NCBI GenBank assembly: GCA_937872385.1
Contig: CALMSO010000047.1
Span: 78,660 to 142,659, forward strand
Length of the DNA: 64,000 nucleotides
Direction of reading: 5' to 3'
From: an uncultured Saprospiraceae bacterium
GTDB lineage: Bacteria; Bacteroidota; Bacteroidia; Chitinophagales; Saprospiraceae
Shown here: positions 28,204-36,740 of the stretch, in pieces
Position numbering within the stretch: position 1 is the stretch's first letter
How the letters are laid out: each line of letters begins with the position of its first letter
The notes under the pieces: model-generated
Told to the model about the DNA's origin: nothing
The model's input: only the letters and a program-made list of their open reading frames with translations
Databases searched by the model: none
Made by a program: the position numbers and the translations under genes

Positions 28204-29361
28204 ATGACAATTCGATTCAGAATTTTATTACTCACTGTCTTAATAAGCAACATTTTCGGCGGCGCAATAGTTGCTGCTGAAACTTATTCTCCGGTCAGTG
28301 AGCCACCTCGGAGTATTTTCGAAGCCTTGGGCTATACCGAGTTACTTGACCTTACTATCCGTACCGACCTAAACGCACTGATTGAAAACCGGCGCTCGGA
28401 AGCCTATCAGCGGGCAGTATTGGTCTATAAAAACAAGAGCGGCAAGACCGTGCAACAAGATATAGAAGTACAGGTGCGCGGCAAATTTCGGCGGCGGGTC
28501 TGCGATTTTCCGCCCCTGAAGCTCAAGTTCCCGAAGAAAGAACTGGCTGCGGCCGGGTTAGAAAAAGATTTCAATAAGCTCAAGTTGGTCACGCATTGCA
28601 TTGACGACAAAGACTACGGCAATGATAACTTGCTGCGCGAGTACCTGATTTACAAATTGTACAACGAGCTAAATCCCGTCAACAGTTTTCGGGTGCAACT
28701 TTTGAGAATAACCTACGAAGACAGCCAAGGCGTACAAGCGAAAATAAAGCGCTATGGCTTTCTGATAGAAGACACAGACGAAATGGCTGCCCGTGTGGGC
28801 AAGGCAGAGTCGGAGCGCCTCAATGTATCGCCCGATTCGCTTTCGACTGCCGACGAGCATATTATGGGGCTTTTTCAATATATGATTGGTAATGCCGACT
28901 GGAGCACTACCCTGCTGCGCAATGTAAAACTCGTAGCGCCGCGCACGGGCCACCGCAACATTCCGGTACCTTATGATTTCGACTTTGCCGGCTTGGTCAA
29001 TGCTTCTTACGCCATCCCGCAGTACGACTTGGGGCTGCGCAGTATCCGCGACCGCTTCTACCTCGGCATGATGCCTTGCCAGCAGGAAACCATGCGCGCG
29101 ACGATGCGGCTTTTCCTCGAAAAAGAACAACGCTTGCGGGATATTGTAGCCAATTGCAAATGGTTGACCAAAGAATCTCGAATCGAGGTTATTTATTACT
29201 TGCACCATTTTTTTGAAGCCATCGAGCCAGCTTACTTGGATGCTAACGTAGATTTGGCCGAGTTTTTCAGCTTGCGAAACGCCACCATGGAACAATTGCG
29301 TCAGAAACAAGCTGCCGACAAGCAAAATGCATTATTGCCAAATGGCATGAACGGGCGATAG
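28204..29361 (+). CDS. secreted protein, CotH-like (tentative)
   Basis: It has a signal peptide. VRGKFRRRVCDFPPLKLKF, LLREYLIYKLYNEL, GNADWSTTLLRNVKL and IPVPYDFDFAG resemble the order of conserved CotH-family blocks. This is an eye-level match only. Confidence 0.35.
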   Translation: MTIRFRILLLTVLISNIFGGAIVAAETYSPVSEPPRSIFEALGYTELLDLTIRTDLNALIENRRSEAYQRAVLVYKNKSGKTVQQDIEVQVRGKFRRRVCDFPPLKLKFPKKELAAAGLEKDFNKLKLVTHCIDDKDYGNDNLLREYLIYKLYNELNPVNSFRVQLLRITYEDSQGVQAKIKRYGFLIEDTDEMAARVGKAESERLNVSPDSLSTADEHIMGLFQYMIGNADWSTTLLRNVKLVAPRTGHRNIPVPYDFDFAGLVNASYAIPQYDLGLRSIRDRFYLGMMPCQQETMRATMRLFLEKEQRLRDIVANCKWLTKESRIEVIYYLHHFFEAIEPAYLDANVDLAEFFSLRNATMEQLRQKQAADKQNALLPNGMNGR

Positions 29362-29384
29362 TTCTTAGACCTAATCTGCCTTGC

Positions 29385-30050
29385 TCACTGCGTGAAGGCG
29401 AATTGTACAATATTGGCACCCATTTCGAGCGAGCGCCGACGCAGCGCTTCCGGATTGTTGTGTACTTCTTGCGACTCCCAGCCGTCGCTGATGTTGCTTT
29501 CGGCGGTGTAAACGCACACCACACGCCCCTCATGCAGGATAGCAAAGGTTTGTGGCGGCTTGTTGTCGTGCTCATGTACTTTAGGCGCACCATTCGGGAA
29601 GCGAAATTTCTGACTGAAAACCGGATGTTCAAAAGGCAATTCGATTAATTCCTTTTCCGGGAATACCTTTTTAATAGCTACGCGAAAATAAGGATCCATC
29701 CCGTAGTCGTCGTCCACGTACAAGAAGCCTCCGCCCAGCAGGTAGTTGCGCAAGTTCTCCGCTTCGGCATCCGAAAAAACGATATTGCCGTGCCCCGTCA
29801 TAAACAGGAAAGGATAATTGAAAATCTCGGCACTACCCACTTCCACCGTGCCATAATTCCGATCAAAACTCATGTACAACTGTTCATTGCAAAACTGCGT
29901 GAGATTCTCCAGCGCGTCCACCACCGAGTACCAGTCGCCACCGCCATTATACTTGAGCAAAGCCAACTTAATGCTGCGCTGCGCATCGGCATTTACCAAC
30001 AAAAATGCTGCGATGAGCATCGTTCCAATAATTCTTTTCATCAAATCCAT
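29385..30050 (-). CDS. DUF4159-like secreted protein
   Basis: Signal peptide plus LKYNGGGDWY and FLFMTGHG motifs, which I associate with DUF4159. Confidence 0.45.
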   Translation of the reverse strand: MDLMKRIIGTMLIAAFLLVNADAQRSIKLALLKYNGGGDWYSVVDALENLTQFCNEQLYMSFDRNYGTVEVGSAEIFNYPFLFMTGHGNIVFSDAEAENLRNYLLGGGFLYVDDDYGMDPYFRVAIKKVFPEKELIELPFEHPVFSQKFRFPNGAPKVHEHDNKPPQTFAILHEGRVVCVYTAESNISDGWESQEVHNNPEALRRRSLEMGANIVQFAFTQ

Positions 30051-30092
30051 AGTTTTATTATAAAAAATGTGATTTCAAACCGTCGAGCACAA

Positions 30093-30187
30093 TAATAGAC
30101 TTTAGATAATAGATGATAGATTTTAGACCCCTTTAACTTATTCCCCTATTCATCCCATTCCCTTATATCCCTATTTTTCCTATTCTC
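30093..30187 (-). repeat. composite tandem-unit array: family A (G-rich on the minus strand, 30128-30187) followed by family D heptamers (30093-30127)
   Basis: The plus strand reads TAATAGA CTTTAGA TAATAGA TGATAGA TTTTAGA, then CCCC..TTCCCCTATTCATCCCATTCCCTTATATCCCTATTTTTCCTATTCTC. It lies between corA and the next minus-strand gene. Confidence 0.8.
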
Positions 30188-30220
30188 AAAATAGCAATGT
30201 TCCATCATTTATAACGTTTT

Positions 30221-31174
30221 CTAAAGCCATTTCTTTCGTCGGAAAAAGAATAAAGTAATAAGCGAAGATACTACCATAAGTGACAAAGACAGCGGATAGC
30301 CGATTTGCCAATGGATTTCGGGCATAATGTCGAAATTCATACCATAAATACTAGCAATGAGTGTAGGCGGCATAAACACTACGGTTACTACCGTAAAAAT
30401 CTTGATAATCTTGTTTTGTTCAATATTGATCAGCCCGAGAAATGTATTTTGCAAATATTCGAGTCGTTCAAAATTGAAGGAAGTGTGCCCCAGTAGCGAG
30501 TCAGCATCTTTTAGCAGCACTCGTATTTTTTCGTATTCGTCTTTTGGAAAAAAATCGCTTTTCAAAATGGAGGAAAAAAGGCGCTTTAGTTCACTGGTAC
30601 TTTCCCGAAAAAGAATGGTGAGTTCCTGAAAATTATACACCTCAATGAGTACATTTTCGCGCATTTGCTTATCGAGCGCCAGGTTTTTGCCTACGGCATA
30701 GATTTTTTTGGACAGGTCTTCCAGAAAGTCGGCTTCTACGTCAATGCGTGCCTCAAAGAGCAGCAAAAAAATGTTGTACCCGGAGATTTTCTCTCGGCGG
30801 CTGCTGCGCACAATGCGCTTGACCTCCTCGAAAGAGCGCAGCGGGATATTGCGCTGCGTAATAAGGCGGCGCTCCTTGAGAATGAACGAAACCGGATCGG
30901 TGGTGTAAATGTTGTCTTCTTTGCGGTAGATGTAGTTTAGGTTGGCATTGATTTCCCGGTCATTTTCAAAATATTTGGAGCTGCTTTCGATTTCTTCAGC
31001 TTCTTGACGCGTGAACAACTCCGTGCCCGATTTGGCCTCCACCACATTTTTTTCTGCTTCGGTCGGATTGAACAAGTCTATCCAAATGATGTCTTCCGCT
31101 GGTATTTCGGCAAGTTTTTCCGGGTCGGTTACAACAAGAATTTCTGCTCGTGACTGATAGAAACAGGTCAGCAT
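30221..31174 (-). CDS. corA: CorA family magnesium/cobalt transporter
   Basis: YGMNF (GMN) motif before two C-terminal TM helices. The protein is about 317 aa. Confidence 0.85.
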   Translation of the reverse strand: MLTCFYQSRAEILVVTDPEKLAEIPAEDIIWIDLFNPTEAEKNVVEAKSGTELFTRQEAEEIESSSKYFENDREINANLNYIYRKEDNIYTTDPVSFILKERRLITQRNIPLRSFEEVKRIVRSSRREKISGYNIFLLLFEARIDVEADFLEDLSKKIYAVGKNLALDKQMRENVLIEVYNFQELTILFRESTSELKRLFSSILKSDFFPKDEYEKIRVLLKDADSLLGHTSFNFERLEYLQNTFLGLINIEQNKIIKIFTVVTVVFMPPTLIASIYGMNFDIMPEIHWQIGYPLSLSLMVVSSLITLFFFRRKKWL

Positions 31175-31302
31175 TTTTTGCTGGCAAGATAAAAAATTCC
31201 TTGTGCTTCTGTCCTGTCCTTATCAATTTGGTCTCCAAAAACGTTTTCTATTTTTGTTGCTGACTCCAGAATTTTGGTTATTATTGAGAAAATCTTGCAA
31301 AC

Positions 31303-32286
31303 ATGATGCCAACCCGACCATCCTATTGCCCACCCAACTACCGCCGCTGGTGGTGGACGCTGCCCGCTTTGCTGCTGTGCCTATTGGTGCTGGCGCTGAT
31401 ACCTTGGTCCTTAGTGCGACCGGTTAGCTCCCCACAGCCTGCCACTACGCACGCCGAAGCCTTGCAAAAGCTGACTGCCCTGCAAACACAGGAACCTGCC
31501 GACGCTATGAATCCGCTTTGCCGCAGCCAATTGCTCGACCACGGCCGCCGCACCGCGAAAGCGATTATTCTGGTGCACGGCTACACGAGTTGCCCGCATC
31601 AATTCAGGGAGCTTGGGCAGCGATTGTACGACCGAGGCTACAATGTACTGCTGGCACCGATGCCCTATCATGGGCTGGCAGATCGGATGAGCGAGGCGCA
31701 TAGTATGCTTACCGCCAACGATTTAGCTGTCTATACCCATATGGTGATGGACATTGGTCGCGGGCTGGGCGATACGCTTGTAATGGCGGGGCTGTCGGCA
31801 GGTGGAGTTGTGGCGGCTTACGCGGCCCGATACCGACAAGACTTAGATATAGCGATGCTGATTTCACCGGCTTTCGGTTACAAAAGTGTACCTACATCCT
31901 TGACGGCTGCTGCGATGAACATTTTCGCGGTATTGCCCGATGGCTATGGCTGGTGGAACGAACAATTGCAAGAACAGGGCGGCGTACCGCATGGCTATCC
32001 GCGCTACTCCAAACGCGCCTTGGCACAGTTGTTGCGCCTGAGTTTTGCTGCTCGCAAGGGCAGGCCGCAGGTCGGGCAGATGATTGTAGTCACCAATCCG
32101 AATGATGCAGCGGTGAATAATGCTTTGACTGAACAAACCTGCGCCCGCTGGCGTCGGTGGGAAGTGCCACTCACCACGTATGCTTTCCCGCAGGAATGGC
32201 AACTCGACCATGATTTGATAGAGCCAGCGCATCCGAAAGCGCAGATTGAAAAGGTGTATCCGAAACTGATAGACTTGCTGCCCTGA
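31303..32286 (+). CDS. alpha/beta hydrolase with N-terminal membrane anchor
   Basis: ILVHGYTS and the nucleophile elbow GLSAGG. N-terminal hydrophobic segment LPALLLCLLVLALIPW. Confidence 0.65.
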   Translation: MMPTRPSYCPPNYRRWWWTLPALLLCLLVLALIPWSLVRPVSSPQPATTHAEALQKLTALQTQEPADAMNPLCRSQLLDHGRRTAKAIILVHGYTSCPHQFRELGQRLYDRGYNVLLAPMPYHGLADRMSEAHSMLTANDLAVYTHMVMDIGRGLGDTLVMAGLSAGGVVAAYAARYRQDLDIAMLISPAFGYKSVPTSLTAAAMNIFAVLPDGYGWWNEQLQEQGGVPHGYPRYSKRALAQLLRLSFAARKGRPQVGQMIVVTNPNDAAVNNALTEQTCARWRRWEVPLTTYAFPQEWQLDHDLIEPAHPKAQIEKVYPKLIDLLP

Positions 32287-32468
32287 GCGTAATGGCAGTT
32301 CCCTACTGAAAAAATCAGGCAACTTTTTGTAACACTTTACCGTTTATTCTGTTATAATGCTGCACAAAAAAATTCTTGATGGGTCTAAATAAGTTGCATC
32401 CAAATATAGAATGGCGGATATTCCATTGAATGTTTCTATTGATTGTCAGCACTCAAGTACCCAACGAT

Positions 32469-32684
32469 ATGCAACAACTCAAACACCTGCTCGAACGCTC
32501 TGCCTTTGGCGTATGTAGTTATCTCGGCGAAAAAATGGGCATCGCCTCGGCTACGGTGCGGCTTTATTTCATTTATATTTCTTTTGCTACGCTAGGGTCG
32601 CCGCTCATTTTCTACCTTTTTGTTGCCTTTTGGCTCAATATTCGTCGCTACCTCAATAGCGGGCGCAAACTCCTCTGGGGCTGA
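32469..32684 (+). CDS. PspC domain-containing small membrane protein
   Basis: FGVCSYLGEKMGIASATVRLYFIY motif. Start taken at MQQLKH. Confidence 0.6.
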   Translation: MQQLKHLLERSAFGVCSYLGEKMGIASATVRLYFIYISFATLGSPLIFYLFVAFWLNIRRYLNSGRKLLWG

Positions 32685-32685
32685 T

Positions 32686-33384
32686 TCAAGCATTCAACAA
32701 ATGCAAGGTGTGACAAGCTACCATGCCCGCCGTTTCGGTGCGCAGGCGGCTATTGCCGAGGCTTGCACCTACAAAACCATGCTCCAAAGCGTACTCGATT
32801 TCTTTTGCTGAAAAATCGCCCTCCGGCCCGATTAGCACCAGCACTTTTTCATCGGGTGTACAAATTCGTTGCAGAAGCGGCTGTGGCGGCGTGCTTAGCC
32901 AAGCGATAATCTTTTTATAATCAGTAGCTTGTGTTACAAAAGTTTCAAAAGTAGTCAATGGATATAATACCGGAAGATTAGCTTTGAGCGATTGTTTCAT
33001 AGCGGCTACCAGCACTTTTTCCAGCCGGTCTGGGCGCAGTTGTCGGCGTTCAGAATGCGCGCACAGCAGCGGCGTGATGGCATCAATCCCGATTTCGGTC
33101 GCTTTTTCTAAAAACCATTCAAACCGGTCTATATTTTTGGTGGGTGCTATGGCAATATGCACCCCAAACGGTCGGCCCGGCTCAGGGCGGCGCTGCTCAA
33201 TTTGAATCGTACAGGTTTTCTTTGCAATGCCTGCAATTTGTCCTTCGTAGAAATTGCCCTGCCCATCCACAAAATGAATCAAATCCCCCACGCGCATCCG
33301 TAGCACTTGTGTGCAATGGCGTGCCTCTTCCTCTTGCAAAAATGCTTCATCGCCTTGAATATCAGTAGTATAGAAAAGGTTCAT
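32686..33384 (-). CDS. rsmE: 16S rRNA (uracil1498-N3)-methyltransferase
   Basis: Motifs EEARHCTQVLRMRVGD, SERRQLR and IGPEGDFS. Start at the ATG at 33384, since the longer track ORF has an implausible N-terminus. Confidence 0.8.
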   Translation of the reverse strand: MNLFYTTDIQGDEAFLQEEEARHCTQVLRMRVGDLIHFVDGQGNFYEGQIAGIAKKTCTIQIEQRRPEPGRPFGVHIAIAPTKNIDRFEWFLEKATEIGIDAITPLLCAHSERRQLRPDRLEKVLVAAMKQSLKANLPVLYPLTTFETFVTQATDYKKIIAWLSTPPQPLLQRICTPDEKVLVLIGPEGDFSAKEIEYALEHGFVGASLGNSRLRTETAGMVACHTLHLLNA

Positions 33385-33675
33385 TGTTTTGTAATAATTT
33401 GATAGCCGCCTTAAATAACAAGTGGCGGGCAGTAAAAAATTGAGCGCCGAATAAGCATATGGCATGTGGGGTAGAAAGACCAAAAACGGTGCATTGGTCG
33501 CAAAAAAACCGAGGCAAAGCGAAAAATGCTGTACCTTTGGTCGGCAGAAGTCAACACAAAAGCAAAAAAAACGTTTTTCTAAGAAGTTTTCAGAAAAAAG
33601 CAACGGAAAACCTGAAAAGTCCTTTCCTTTCAGAAAATAATGGACAAGCGTTTATAAACCATCAACAATTTTTAC

Positions 33676-35094
33676 ATGGATATTTTGATTATGGCCGGGC
33701 AGCTGATGCTGAGCCTCATGATTTTGGTCACGCTGCACGAACTGGGGCACTTCATGCCGGCACGCTGGTTCAATACTCGCGTAGAAAAATTTTACTTATT
33801 TTTCGACCCCTGGTTTGCACTATTTAAAGCCCGAAAGGTAAATGGCTCGTGGAGTGTAGCCAGTATTTTCAATAAAAACAAGGACTATCCAGAAGACCAA
33901 AAAGACGCTACGGAGTACGGTATCGGGTGGCTACCTTTGGGTGGCTACGTGAAGATAGCGGGCATGATAGACGAAAGCATGGACACCGAGCAAATGAAAC
34001 AACCGCCGCAGCCCTGGGAGTTTCGCTCCAAGCCAGCCTGGCAACGCCTGATCATCATGCTGGGCGGTGTGACGGTCAATTTTATCCTCGGCTTTTTGCT
34101 GTATGCAATGGTACTTTGGGTCTGGGGCGAAGCGTACTTGCCAAGTGAAAACGTGAAATACGGCATTTTTGTAGATTCGCTTGGCATGGAAATGGGCTTG
34201 CAAGATGGCGACAAAGTGCTCTCGGTAGGTGATGCGCCTTTCGTGAAGTTCAACGATCGCCTCGTTATCCGCGAGATTATTATTAACAATGCCGATAATA
34301 TCAAAGTGGAGCGCGACGGCGAAACGGTGCGCATCCCAGTGGACGAAAAATTTGTGAGCATCCTATCGAGCCGCGAAACCAAAAACCGACTGCTGTTCGG
34401 GGCACGCACGCCTTTTGAGGTGGATGCAGTAGCCAAAAACTCGCCCGCCGAGCAAGCTGGTTTGCAGCCGAATGACCGAATTATTGGTTTTAACGAAGTA
34501 GCCACGCCTTATTTTACTGATTTTCAACGACTTGCACGCACACACAAAAACCAAGAGGTAACCTTAACCCTGCTGCGCAACCAAAGCGATTCGCTACAAG
34601 TAGCACTCACCACTACCGAAGCCGGCACCATTGGTGTAATGGCCAAAGGCCTCAGCCATTATTTTGAAACCCGCCGCCAGGAATATAGTCTTGCTCAGGC
34701 CCTGCCCCTTGGTGTTACCAAAGGCTTAGGCTTCCTCAACGACCAGCTCAAAGCTTTCGGGCAGATGTTCAAAGGGCGCATCAAGGTCTCGGAAAGTCTC
34801 GGCGGGCTTGGCTCCATTGGCGGTATGTTTGGCGGCGAGTGGGTCTGGGAGCGTTTCTGGCTCATGACGGCTATCCTCTCACTCATTCTGGCTTTTATGA
34901 ATCTGCTGCCCATCCCGGCACTCGACGGCGGGCACGTTATGTTTCTATTGTACGAAATGGTAAGCGGCCGCAAGCCCAGCGACAAGTTTTTAGAATACGC
35001 CACTACTTTCGGGTTCATCTTAGTGCTGGGGCTGATTGTATATGCCAATGGGTTAGACATCTGGAATGCCATCAAAGGCTTTTTCGGGCGATAG
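33676..35094 (+). CDS. rseP: RIP (site-2) zinc metalloprotease RseP
   Basis: HELGHF zinc motif, a PDZ-like middle region and NLLPIPALDGGH. Confidence 0.9.
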   Translation: MDILIMAGQLMLSLMILVTLHELGHFMPARWFNTRVEKFYLFFDPWFALFKARKVNGSWSVASIFNKNKDYPEDQKDATEYGIGWLPLGGYVKIAGMIDESMDTEQMKQPPQPWEFRSKPAWQRLIIMLGGVTVNFILGFLLYAMVLWVWGEAYLPSENVKYGIFVDSLGMEMGLQDGDKVLSVGDAPFVKFNDRLVIREIIINNADNIKVERDGETVRIPVDEKFVSILSSRETKNRLLFGARTPFEVDAVAKNSPAEQAGLQPNDRIIGFNEVATPYFTDFQRLARTHKNQEVTLTLLRNQSDSLQVALTTTEAGTIGVMAKGLSHYFETRRQEYSLAQALPLGVTKGLGFLNDQLKAFGQMFKGRIKVSESLGGLGSIGGMFGGEWVWERFWLMTAILSLILAFMNLLPIPALDGGHVMFLLYEMVSGRKPSDKFLEYATTFGFILVLGLIVYANGLDIWNAIKGFFGR

Positions 35095-35112
35095 GCTTAT
35101 AATACATGTGGT

Positions 35113-35637
35113 ATGAACTACTTTGAATTTTTTGACCTGCCCGTCGCTTTCAAAATAGATGAAGCAAAGCTCAAGCAAGGTTTCTATGAACGAAGCAGGC
35201 GCTACCATCCAGATTTTTATACACTCGAATCAGACGAAAAGCAGGCCGAAATCCTCGAATTGTCCACCTTTAATAATGAAGCCTATCAAACGTTGACCGA
35301 CTTCGATCGCCGCGTGGCCTATCTGCTCCGGCTGCGGGGCGCGCTGGCCGAAGAGGGGCAAAACGAAATTCCGCAGAATTTTCTGATGGAAATGATGGAA
35401 CTCAACGAGGTGCTCATGGAGTTAGAATTGGACTTCGATGCTGCCCTGTACCAAAAAGCTGTGCAGGAGCTGGAGCACCATGAAAAAGCTGCTTTCGAGC
35501 AAGTGGCGCACATCATCGAGCAATACGACGATAAAAAAGCCGACCCGACGGAACTTTCTGCGGTGCGCGATTTTTATCTAAAAAAGCGATACTTATTGCG
35601 CATTCAGGAAAATTTGGCTAAATTCGCCCCGCATTAG
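35113..35637 (+). CDS. hscB: J-domain co-chaperone, HscB-like
   Basis: NYFEFFDLP...RRYHPD J-domain with the HPD tripeptide, followed by a helical C-domain. The protein is 174 aa. Confidence 0.6.
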   Translation: MNYFEFFDLPVAFKIDEAKLKQGFYERSRRYHPDFYTLESDEKQAEILELSTFNNEAYQTLTDFDRRVAYLLRLRGALAEEGQNEIPQNFLMEMMELNEVLMELELDFDAALYQKAVQELEHHEKAAFEQVAHIIEQYDDKKADPTELSAVRDFYLKKRYLLRIQENLAKFAPH

Positions 35638-35702
35638 CCCAAAAAGGTAGTAGGATGAAAAAAAATCTGTGGGCACTGCATGAAAAATTCAACTATTGCC
35701 AA

Positions 35703-35710
35703 TATCTTTG
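35703..35710 (+). promoter_or_regulatory. candidate -7 promoter box (TAnnTTTG) for the tRNA-Leu pair
   Basis: TATCTTTG lies 37 nt upstream of the first tRNA. Confidence 0.3.
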
Positions 35711-35746
35711 CGCACACTTTTTGAAAAATAAAAGTGCCCTTGTCAA

Positions 35747-35830
35747 GCCGAAGTGGCGGAACTGGTAGACGCGCTGGATTCAAAATCCAGTGATGGCAAC
35801 ATCGTGTGGGTTCGAGTCCCACCTTCGGTA
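35747..35830 (+). tRNA. tRNA-Leu (anticodon CAA)
   Basis: Acceptor stem GCCGAAG/CTTCGGT, D-arm GCGGAACTGGTAGACGC, anticodon loop TTCAAAA, a long variable arm and T-arm GGGTTCGAGTCCC. No CCA is encoded. Confidence 0.9.
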
Positions 35831-35873
35831 CTCATTTTTGGCAAAGCGACTTTCAACACCCTACTTTACAACA

Positions 35874-35957
35874 GCCGAAGTGGCGGAATTGGTAGACGCG
35901 CACGTTTCAGGGGCGTGTGTCTTCACGGGCGTATGGGTTCGAGTCCCATCTTCGGCA
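35874..35957 (+). tRNA. tRNA-Leu (anticodon CAG)
   Basis: Acceptor stem GCCGAAG/CTTCGGC, anticodon stem CACGT/GCGTG with loop TTCAGGG, a long variable arm and T-arm GGGTTCGAGTCCC. Confidence 0.9.
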
Positions 35958-35970
35958 CTACTAGATTAGA

Positions 35971-36001
35971 AGCTCAATGCACAGCGCATCGGGCTTTTTT
36001 T
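35971..36001 (+). terminator. Rho-independent terminator after the tRNA-Leu pair
   Basis: AGCTCAATGC pairs with GCATCGGGCT (one mismatch, one G-T), with loop ACAGC and then T7. Confidence 0.6.
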
Positions 36002-36246
36002 GTTGGCGCATCCATCTATTTTCTCTTCCGGTTTATTCATTTTTATTTCTTGCAATTGTCAATTAATTTAAATAATATCTTTATCTATAAAAATTTGTTA
36101 ATCAAACTTTTGGAAAACTAACGTTCCAAAAAAATTCCTATTCAAAGGTAGTGCTTTCGCGCCAATGAAGGTTTTCCAGCTACAACGAGGAGCAGAATTG
36201 AACCGAATGTATTAATTTTACATTAATTCTCTGTAAACTTTTCTGC

Positions 36247-36687
36247 ATGAAACGGGTCCTGGTAGTATCCGCCGGTAATGCTTGTCGAAGCCAAATGGCT
36301 GAGGGTTATCTGCAATTTTATGGCGAAGGCAAAGCGCAATATTTCAGTGCTGTACTTGCTCAGGGCGACGTGCACCCGCTGGCCATAAAAGTAATGACCG
36401 AAGACAGCATTGAGATGACTTGGCAGGTAGCTCAACCGCTCGAAAGCTTCAAAAATGCACATTTTGATTATGTAATTGACCTGCACGACGGGCAGCCCAA
36501 CGATTTTTCCGAGCTTTTCACCAGCAACCATATCTATCCATTGCACATTCCCAATCCCTCGGCACTTTCCGAAGTACAACCGCCGCCCATCGAAGCCTTT
36601 CGGCAGGTACGCGAGCTAATTCGAGCCCACATTCTGAAGTTTATCGGCAAAGAACTCACCGGCAAGGAAGAAGTCGCTCTCCCTTGA
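36247..36687 (+). CDS. low-molecular-weight phosphatase/ArsC-fold protein with substituted catalytic residues
   Basis: The P-loop-like VLVVSAGNACRSQMAEGY aligns to the LMW-PTP/ArsC CTGNSCRSQMAEG motif but has Ser in place of the nucleophilic Cys. Confidence 0.6.
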   Translation: MKRVLVVSAGNACRSQMAEGYLQFYGEGKAQYFSAVLAQGDVHPLAIKVMTEDSIEMTWQVAQPLESFKNAHFDYVIDLHDGQPNDFSELFTSNHIYPLHIPNPSALSEVQPPPIEAFRQVRELIRAHILKFIGKELTGKEEVALP

Positions 36688-36740
36688 GCCAGCGGCTGGA
36701 AATGCCAGCCCTTTTGCTATCTTTGGCAGAAAAACAGTGC

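Noticed and set aside
33385-33675. A 290-nt divergent spacer between rsmE and rseP with small hairpins (GACCA..TGGTC, CTGAAA..TTTCAG) as a possible ncRNA or riboswitch.
   Set aside because: It resembles no riboswitch or sRNA class I know. The hairpins are short. It is most simply two divergent promoters.
35753-36121. A 122-aa ORF spans both tRNA-Leu genes.
   Set aside because: The sequence folds as two canonical tRNA cloverleaves, so the ORF is an artefact.
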